DNA from: Candidatus Rokuibacteriota bacterium
GTDB lineage: Bacteria > Methylomirabilota > Methylomirabilia > Rokubacteriales > DASRDR01
Length of the DNA: 21,118 nt
Direction of reading: 5' to 3'
NCBI GenBank assembly: GCA_044866005.1
Contig: JBIOTN010000027.1
Coordinates: 1-21,118 of the forward strand
The position numbers were made by a program, and so were the translations under genes. Within the stretch, counting starts at the first letter, position 1. Each line of letters begins with the position of its first letter. Positions 8,052-14,588 of this stretch are shown here, one piece after another. The notes below the pieces were generated by a model. It ran no database searches. It saw only the letters and a list, made by a program, of their open reading frames with translations, and was not told the DNA's origin.

Positions 8052-8465
8052 CTAGCGCGCGCCCAGGAGCGCGGCGGTCTTGTTGACGTCACGCGGCTTG
8101 ACCCAGAACAGCACCCCGAAGCGTCCGGCGCCGGCGCAGACCGCGTCCGTCGCCGTCACGTTGACCTTGGCCTGCGCGAGCTTGCCGAGGAGCTCGGCCA
8201 CGGCGCCCGGCCGGTCGTCGCCCTCGACGATGAAGGCGACCTTGGGGCCGGTGACCTTCCACTTGGCCTGCTTCGCCGCCGCACGGAACGCCGTCGGGTC
8301 CTCCGGGACGAAGTCGAGCTGGGCGCGCCGGCCCGCCGGGAAGCCCGAGAAGGCGAGGAGGTTCACGCCCGCGTCGCGCAGCGTCTGGAGCGCCCGCGCG
8401 CCCTCGCCCGGTTTGTCGGGGGTGGTGATGTAGAAGTACTGTACCCGACGGATCGTGTCTGCCAT
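8052..8465 (-). CDS. Tandem ACT-domain protein
   Basis: Two ACT repeats: PDKPGEGARALQTLRDAGVNL and DDRPGAVAELLGKLAQAKVNV. ATG 8465 follows the SD GGAGGG. Confidence 0.88.
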   Translation of the reverse strand: MADTIRRVQYFYITTPDKPGEGARALQTLRDAGVNLLAFSGFPAGRRAQLDFVPEDPTAFRAAAKQAKWKVTGPKVAFIVEGDDRPGAVAELLGKLAQAKVNVTATDAVCAGAGRFGVLFWVKPRDVNKTAALLGAR

Positions 8466-8594
8466 CGCCTTGCCCTCCGGTGCGCGCGCGCTCGCGCGTG
8501 TGATGCGGGGTCCCGACCACGCGTCGGACGGGGCCTGGAGGGGAGGCCGTCGGCGTCGCCCCGCCCGCGGCCATCGGGCCCTCCGGCCGGGGCC

Positions 8595-8623
8595 ACCGTA
8601 AGGTACGCGGCGCTGGTCGTCAA
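8595..8623 (-). promoter_or_regulatory. Putative sigma70 promoter for the ACT-selenoprotein operon
   Basis: Minus strand TTGACG (8623-8618), 17 nt, TACGGT (8600-8595). Confidence 0.5.
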
Positions 8624-8676
8624 GAGGGCCGGCGCGGCGCCCCGGCCGCACCGCGCCCGTGATATCCTCGCCGTCG

Positions 8677-9375
8677 GTGCGGCTCCTTCTGATCAGCAAC
8701 TCCGGGCGTCCGTTTCTCCGGCACTGCCAGGGCACGATCGCGGTCTTCCTGGGCTCGGACGGCTCGGCGCGCCGCGTGGCCTTCGTGACGGCGGCCGCGC
8801 TCCGCGACGAGGAGACCTACTACGAGCTGGCGCGCGCGGCACTCGAACCCGAGCCGACCGGGCTGACCGTCGAGCATCTCCGCTGGGACCGCGACCCCCT
8901 GCCCACGCTCGCCCGCGCCGAGGCGGTGTTCGTCGGGGGCGGCAACACCTATGCCCTGCTGCGCCGCTTGCGGGAGTCCGGGCTCCTGGCCGCCATGCGC
9001 GAGCGCGTCCGCGCGGGGCTGCCCTACATCGGCAGCAGCGCAGGGTCGAACGTCGCCGGCCCGAACATCCTCACGACCAACGACTGGAACGTCGTCGGCC
9101 TCACCGCGTTCGAGGCGCTCGGGCTCGTGCCGTTCAACCTCAACCCGCACTACCTCGAGACCGACCCGGCCATGGCGCCGTTCAGCGAGACACGGGACGA
9201 GCGGATCGCCGAGTATCTCCTGGTCCGCGACAACCCCGTGGTCGGCCTGGAGGAGGGAGCCCTCCTCCGCGTGGACGGGGGCACGAGCACGGTCCTCGGG
9301 ACGGGGCGCGCCAGGCTGTTCCTCCGGGGCCGCGACCCCCGCTGGTACGCGGCAGGCCAGCAGCTCGATTTCTAG
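8677..9375 (+). CDS. pepE: Dipeptidase E (peptidase S51)
   Basis: From GTG 8677 MRLLLISNS matches the PepE N-terminus. VFVGGGNTYALL, YIGSSAGSN nucleophile motif, TTND, NPHY, ETRDERI.EY. Confidence 0.92.
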   Translation: MRLLLISNSGRPFLRHCQGTIAVFLGSDGSARRVAFVTAAALRDEETYYELARAALEPEPTGLTVEHLRWDRDPLPTLARAEAVFVGGGNTYALLRRLRESGLLAAMRERVRAGLPYIGSSAGSNVAGPNILTTNDWNVVGLTAFEALGLVPFNLNPHYLETDPAMAPFSETRDERIAEYLLVRDNPVVGLEEGALLRVDGGTSTVLGTGRARLFLRGRDPRWYAAGQQLDF

Positions 9376-9423
9376 CTGGTGGCGCGACCTTCCCGACCGC
9401 CCGTCCACGGTGTTCCGCTCTGC

Positions 9424-9489
9424 GCGCCGGCGTCGCCGGCGCAGGGTCCAGGGGGAGGCATCGGAGCGGGCCGTCGCGGCCCCCCCCGA
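9424..9489. repeat. Intergenic palindrome cluster (REP-like)
   Basis: Perfect inverted repeat GCGCCGGCG-T-CGCCGGCGC (9424-9442) followed by an imperfect hairpin at 9461-9489. Confidence 0.55.
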
Positions 9490-9544
9490 CTAAAACGAGG
9501 GGAGGGGCCGTCCAATGGGCATCCATCTCCCAGAGGAGGCTCAC

Positions 9545-10015
9545 ATGATCCGAGGCACCGTGACCTGGCTGGTCGGCGCCACCCTCGCCTCTGCCGTCCT
9601 CCTGACCGCCGCCGGGGCGGCCTACCCCCACTCGCATCCCTGGGCGGGCCGCGCCCAGGCCTGGCAACCCCCGCTCGAGCGGCTGCAGGCCGCGCTCGGG
9701 CTGAGCGACGACCAGGTCGGCGCCCTCCGCCAGCTTCACGAGGGCCGGCGCGCGGCGCGGCGCGAGCTCTTCCAGAACCTCCAGCAGGCGCGGCAGGCGC
9801 TGCGGGAGCTGGTCTACCGGGGCGCCGACGAGGCGAGCATCCAGGCGAAGACCACCGAGCTCCAGGAGCTCCTGACCCAGGCCGTCCAGATGCGGCTCGA
9901 CACCATGCAGGGGATGGCCCAGATCCTGACCCCCGAGCAACGCGAGAAGCTCCTCACCCTGCCGCCGCCCATGCCCTGGCGGCGTCACGGGCCGCGCTCC
10001 TTCGGTCAGGGCTGA
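9545..10015 (+). CDS. Spy/CpxP family periplasmic chaperone / heavy-metal sensor
   Basis: ATG 9545 after GAGGAGG. Signal peptide, LGLSDDQ and C-terminal ILTPEQREKL (LTxxQ motifs), helical body. Confidence 0.85.
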   Translation: MIRGTVTWLVGATLASAVLLTAAGAAYPHSHPWAGRAQAWQPPLERLQAALGLSDDQVGALRQLHEGRRAARRELFQNLQQARQALRELVYRGADEASIQAKTTELQELLTQAVQMRLDTMQGMAQILTPEQREKLLTLPPPMPWRRHGPRSFGQG

Positions 10016-10019
10016 GCGC

Positions 10020-12998
10020 TCACTCCCGACTGGCGGTGTAGGGGCAGATCTGGCTGTAGGCGCAGAAGCGGCACGCCTGGTAGGACGGCGCGGCCGTGAA
10101 GCGCCGGGCGCGGATCCCGGTGGCGGCGGCGTTCACCGCATCGGTCGCCTCCGCCGCGTCCGCGTCGGTCGGGACGTGCCCGGCGGCGAGTCCGGACTCG
10201 AGGAAGCGGAGCTCCACGCGCGCCGGTAGCCGGCCGAACATCTCCCGCCAGGCGAGCGCGTAGAGCTTGAGCTGAAGGCTCGCCGCCGCGCGCTCCTCGG
10301 CCCGAGCGGGGTCGCGGACGTCGGAGGACTTGTAGTCGATGATGACCGCTCCGTCCTCCGTCTCGTCCACGCGGTCCCACCGGCCGCGCAGCTGGACGGG
10401 GCCCCCGGCTCCGGAGAGGCTCGCGCCGAACTCCCGCTCCACGAGGGCCGGCTGCGTCCCCGAGGCCTCCTCTTCGTGCCAGAACCGGGTGAGCGCCGCG
10501 CGACCCGCCTCCTTGCGCGCCGCCTCGTGCGTGAAGCTGAGGAACCCCTCGTTCCGCCACTCCTGCTCGTACGTCGCCAGGAGGTCCGGGAGCGGCGTGA
10601 AGAGACCCGCGGTCCGCCTTCGGAGGTAGTGCTCCACGACGCGGTGAAGCGTCTCGCCGTAGACCACCGCGTGGTGCCGACGGATGGGGACCCGTAACAG
10701 GTGGATGTAACGGTACTTGAGCGGGCACGTCTCGTAGTCGTCCACCTGCTTGTGGGAGAGCTCGAGCGGCGCGTCGGCCGGGCGCGCCGCGCCCTCCTCG
10801 AACGCGGGCTCCGCCGGCGCGGCCGCGCGGTGGATCTCCTCGATGGCTGCGGCCTTGAACGGCCGGGCCGCGTCGCGCGGGAGGTCGAGCGCCTCGAGGA
10901 CGAACTGGCTCACCTTGCGCTCGCGCTTGCCGCCGTAGTCGCGGGCGGACGTGAGGTAGAGGACGTCCTTCGCGCGCGTCATCGCGACGTAGAAGAGTCG
11001 CCGCTCCTCCTGGAGCTGGAAGTCTCCCGCCGGCGGTGGGTCCTTGACCAGCGCGTCGGGGAGCTCGAGCACGTCTCCCCGGCTCGGCCACGGGAATCGG
11101 CCCTGGACGAGCCCCACCACGAAGACCACGCGGAACTCGAGCCCCTTCGCCTTGTGCACCGTCAACACCCGGACCGCCGGCACGTCCACGTCCGCCTCGG
11201 CCACGGCGGGGTCGTCACCCGCCTCGATGAGCGCGTCCAGGTGCGCCACGAACTCCCGCACGCGGTCCGCGGGGAGCACGCGCGCGGCTTCCTGGATCCG
11301 CCGGAAGAACTTCGCGACGTTCTGGACCTCGGCCTCCTCCTGCGCGGTCGCGGCGCGCGACATGCGCGCGAGCCAACCCGAATCCGCGAGGACGTGGTAG
11401 AGGAGCTCGCCCGTCGGGACCTCGACGGCGAGGCCCATGTAGCGCTCGAGGTCTTTGACGAGCCGGGCGATGGCCGCCGCGCCCTGGGCGGAGAGCGCGT
11501 CCCGGAGCTCGGGGATCTCGCCGGCCTCGCGTAGCACGTCGAAGAGCCAGCGGTGCCGACGGTCGGCGTGGGTGCTGCAGCGGACGAGATCGACCGGCGG
11601 CAGCCGGTAGAGCGGGGAGGCGGCGAGGGCGAAGAGGCTCACCCCGTCATCGGGATGCGCGAGGACGCGCAGGAGCGCGATGAGCAGGCGGACCTCGGGC
11701 CGCCCGTAGAGGCCCTGGTTGCCCGAGAAGGTCCAGGGGATCCCGCGGAGGTTGAGCGAGCGGAGGAACGGGTCGGCCTCGTTGTTCGAGCGGACCAGGA
11801 TGGCGACGTCGCCGTAGCGGTAGTCCCCGCGCTCGACGTCCGCGGCGACCGTCGCGGCCACCGCGTCGGCCTCCTGCGTCCCCAGCTCGAAGTGGCGGTG
11901 CACGGGCTCGGGACCGGAGCCGCGCACGGCGCGGAGCCGCTTGTCGATCTGCTTCGCCGCTTCGAGCCGATGGGGGTCGTTGTGGCGAACGAGCCGGTAC
12001 GCCGCGTCGAGGAGTCGCTGCCCGGAGCGGTAATTCTCGGTCAGCACCACGCGCCGGGCGTCGGGGTAGGCGTGGTCGAAGGCGAGGAGGTTCGACATCG
12101 AGGCGCCGCGGAAGCGGAAGATCGCCTGGTCGTCGTCCCCCACGACGGTCACGTTCCGGTGCCGGGCCGCAAGAAGCTTCACCAGCTCGAACTGGGCATG
12201 GTTCGTGTCCTGGAACTCGTCCACGAGGATGTAGCGGAAGCGGTGCTGATAGTGCGCGAGGACGTAGGGCCGCGTGCGGAACAGCCGAAGCGCGTACACG
12301 ATCTGGTCCCCGAAGTCGACGAGCCCCTCGCGCCCCATGAGGGCCTGGTAGGCGGCGTAGCTCCGCGCGAGCTCGAGCTCCCGGGCGGCGCGCTCGCGCC
12401 GCTCCGCGTCGTCCGGGCGGGCCGCGGCGTCGTCCGCCAGCCGCTGGGCGTAGGCGAGGTACGCGTCCGGGGCGACGTCCTCGTCCTTTGCCCGGCCGAA
12501 GAGCCCGACCAGCGCGTGGAGGTGCCGTGTGGGGTCGCCGAGCGGGCGGTAGTGCGCGAGCGGGAGCTCGAAGAGATGGGCGCGGAGGAAGATCACCTGC
12601 TCTGCCCGGTTCAGCACGCGGAAGGCCGGGGTGAGCCCGATCTCGAGCGCGTTCTCGCGGAGCAGCCCGTCCCCGAACGCGTGAAACGTCGAGATGCGCA
12701 CGTCGGCGTAGCCGTAGGGGACCAGGAGATCCACGCGCTCTTCCATCTCGAGCGCCGCCTTGTCCGTGAAGGTGAGGGCGAGGATCTCCTCGGGCCGCGC
12801 GCGGCGGGTGGCGATGAGCCAGGCGATGCGCCGGGTGAGGACCGTGGTCTTGCCGGTCCCGGCGCCCGCCACGATGAGGAGCGGCCCGTCGCCGTGGGCA
12901 ACGCCGGCCGCCTGGGCCGGATTCAGCCCCTCGAGGACGCGCGCCGCCGCCAAGTCGGCGCGCGGGGCGGTCGGCTGCGGCTCGTCGTCGGCGGACAT
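10020..12998 (-). CDS. UvrD/REP superfamily-1 helicase fused to a C-terminal PD-(D/E)XK nuclease (AddA/AdnB-like)
   Basis: LNPAQ, AGAGTGKT, LVDEFQDTN, VGDDDQAIFRFRGA, NYRS, TVHKAKGLEF, EERRLFYVAMTRA. Nuclease GRWDRVD..IIDYKS, QLKLYA. Cys set CPLKY and C..C.....CP. Confidence 0.93.
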   Translation of the reverse strand: MSADDEPQPTAPRADLAAARVLEGLNPAQAAGVAHGDGPLLIVAGAGTGKTTVLTRRIAWLIATRRARPEEILALTFTDKAALEMEERVDLLVPYGYADVRISTFHAFGDGLLRENALEIGLTPAFRVLNRAEQVIFLRAHLFELPLAHYRPLGDPTRHLHALVGLFGRAKDEDVAPDAYLAYAQRLADDAAARPDDAERRERAARELELARSYAAYQALMGREGLVDFGDQIVYALRLFRTRPYVLAHYQHRFRYILVDEFQDTNHAQFELVKLLAARHRNVTVVGDDDQAIFRFRGASMSNLLAFDHAYPDARRVVLTENYRSGQRLLDAAYRLVRHNDPHRLEAAKQIDKRLRAVRGSGPEPVHRHFELGTQEADAVAATVAADVERGDYRYGDVAILVRSNNEADPFLRSLNLRGIPWTFSGNQGLYGRPEVRLLIALLRVLAHPDDGVSLFALAASPLYRLPPVDLVRCSTHADRRHRWLFDVLREAGEIPELRDALSAQGAAAIARLVKDLERYMGLAVEVPTGELLYHVLADSGWLARMSRAATAQEEAEVQNVAKFFRRIQEAARVLPADRVREFVAHLDALIEAGDDPAVAEADVDVPAVRVLTVHKAKGLEFRVVFVVGLVQGRFPWPSRGDVLELPDALVKDPPPAGDFQLQEERRLFYVAMTRAKDVLYLTSARDYGGKRERKVSQFVLEALDLPRDAARPFKAAAIEEIHRAAAPAEPAFEEGAARPADAPLELSHKQVDDYETCPLKYRYIHLLRVPIRRHHAVVYGETLHRVVEHYLRRRTAGLFTPLPDLLATYEQEWRNEGFLSFTHEAARKEAGRAALTRFWHEEEASGTQPALVEREFGASLSGAGGPVQLRGRWDRVDETEDGAVIIDYKSSDVRDPARAEERAAASLQLKLYALAWREMFGRLPARVELRFLESGLAAGHVPTDADAAEATDAVNAAATGIRARRFTAAPSYQACRFCAYSQICPYTASRE

Positions 12999-13092
12999 CG
13001 GCCGATCATAGCGCCTGGGTCAGGCAGCCGACAAGCGCCGTGGCCGGCCGGAACACGACCTCGCGATGCTGGCGGCACGGAATATCGTGGAA

Positions 13093-13122
13093 TTGACGTG
13101 GGAGCGCCGCGCGTCCCACAAT
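13093..13122 (+). promoter_or_regulatory. Putative sigma70 promoter with a dyad in the spacer, upstream of FIST
   Basis: TTGACG, 18 nt, CACAAT. Inverted repeat GTGGGA (13098-13103) / TCCCAC (13114-13119). Confidence 0.45.
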
Positions 13123-13201
13123 GCCAGCCACGCGCCATGCGTCTCTCCCGTCGCCCTCTCGTGGGTTGGCTTCCCTCGTACCAGGCGACCGTCGAGGCGA
13201 G

Positions 13202-14368
13202 ATGATCGCGGCGGGGTCGGGGCTTGTCGCGGGGAAGCGGGCCGACGAGGCGGCGCTCGACGCGGCGCTCGAGGCGATGGCCGCGAGCGGCGCCGACCGC
13301 GCCGACGTCGCTCTGGTCTTCGTGACGGGCGACGCGTTCTCCGTCGCGCACGAGGTCCTCCACGTCGTGCGTCGGGTCACGGGGGCGCCGGCCGTCATCG
13401 GCGCGAGCGGGGCCGGGGTCCTCACGGAGCGCGGCGAGATCGAGGAGAGCCCGGCCGTCGCGGTCCTCGTCATCCGGGTCTCGGACTCGCGTCGGGCGCG
13501 CGCGGCGCTGGTCGTCGGGCGCGAGCGGCTCGACGCCGAGGCCGGCGCCCTGCTCGCCGAGCGGCTCGACCCGGCCGGCGCCGGCGGCGGCGCGGTCCTC
13601 CTCCTGCCCGACGCCATGAGCCTCGACGCGCGCGGCCTCCTCCGCGGGCTGGCCGAGCGGCTCGGCCCGGCGCCCGTGGTCGGCGGGGTCGCGGCCGGCA
13701 CGCCGCTCTTCGAGCTCTATAACACCGAGGTCGTATGCGGCGGGGTCGCCGCGCTGGCGCTGGGTCCGACCCCGGTCATCGGCGTCGGCCAGGGCTGCCA
13801 GCCGATCGGGGAGCCGTACGTCGTCACGCGAGGCGAGGGGAACGTCATCCACGCGATCGCGGGGCGTCCTGCGCTCGAGGTCCTGGAGGAAGCGATCCAG
13901 AGCGTCCCCGACTTCGAGCGACGGCTCCCGCAGGCCGGGCTCTTCGCGGGCCTCGCCATGAACCCGGCCAAGTCTCCGCTCGGGCGCGGCGACTTCCTCG
14001 TCCGAAACCTCGCGGCCGCCGACCGGAAGACCGGGGCGGTGGCGCTCGCCGAGCACGTGCGGACGGGCCAGACCATCCAGTTCCAGATCCGGGACGCCCG
14101 CGCCGCGGCGGAAGACCTCGAGGCGATGCTGACGCGGGTCGAGGCGGCGCTCGGGCGTCGCCGGCCGGCCTTCGGGATCTACGTGAACTGCGCCGGGCGC
14201 GGCCGCGGACTGTACGGGGTTCCTGACCACGACGTCGGCGCGATCCGGCGCCGCCTGGGCGATTGGCCCCTCGTCGGCTTCTTCGGGAACGGCGAGTTCG
14301 CGCCGATCGGCCCGACGAGTTTCTTCCACACCTACACGGGCGTCCTCGTCGTCTTTCCGCAGCCCTGA
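13202..14368 (+). CDS. FIST N/C-domain sensory protein (NosP-like)
   Basis: IGASGAGVL, VVGGVAAG, VGQGCQPIG.P..VT..EGN.I..IAGRPAL, FQIRD, NCAGRGRGLYG, VGFFGNGEFAP...HTYT. Confidence 0.9.
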   Translation: MIAAGSGLVAGKRADEAALDAALEAMAASGADRADVALVFVTGDAFSVAHEVLHVVRRVTGAPAVIGASGAGVLTERGEIEESPAVAVLVIRVSDSRRARAALVVGRERLDAEAGALLAERLDPAGAGGGAVLLLPDAMSLDARGLLRGLAERLGPAPVVGGVAAGTPLFELYNTEVVCGGVAALALGPTPVIGVGQGCQPIGEPYVVTRGEGNVIHAIAGRPALEVLEEAIQSVPDFERRLPQAGLFAGLAMNPAKSPLGRGDFLVRNLAAADRKTGAVALAEHVRTGQTIQFQIRDARAAAEDLEAMLTRVEAALGRRRPAFGIYVNCAGRGRGLYGVPDHDVGAIRRRLGDWPLVGFFGNGEFAPIGPTSFFHTYTGVLVVFPQP

Positions 14369-14460
14369 CCGGCTCCGTCGCCGCGAGGCGGTGGCGGCGA
14401 CCCGATCCCGCGGCGTCCGGCCCGCGCGACCGCCAGGGCACTGTATCCGATCGGAGACAC

Positions 14461-14490
14461 TTGACGCTCACTCCGAGGCCGGCCTAGCGT
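14461..14490 (+). promoter_or_regulatory. Putative sigma70 promoter
   Basis: TTGACG, 18 nt, TAGCGT, about 100 nt upstream of ATG 14589. Confidence 0.4.
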
Positions 14491-14588
14491 GAAAGCCGCA
14501 GGGCTCGGACCCGTCGGACGCGCGTGGGTCGGCGAAGGGCTCCCGCCCCTTCGCCGCCCGGAACGTGCGAAGCGAAGGGAGGGCTGCC

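Noticed and set aside
10020..10760. Cas4-like nuclease suggesting a CRISPR or defence system
   Set aside because: It is the fused C-terminal domain of a UvrD-type helicase, with no array or defence-gene context.
14490..14588. Hairpin-rich leader (GGCGAAGGG...CCCTTCGCC; GAAAGCCGCAGGG) as a c-di-GMP-I riboswitch
   Set aside because: It lacks the GGCAAAC/GNRA P2 architecture and shows only a short coincidental resemblance. An Rfam scan would settle it.
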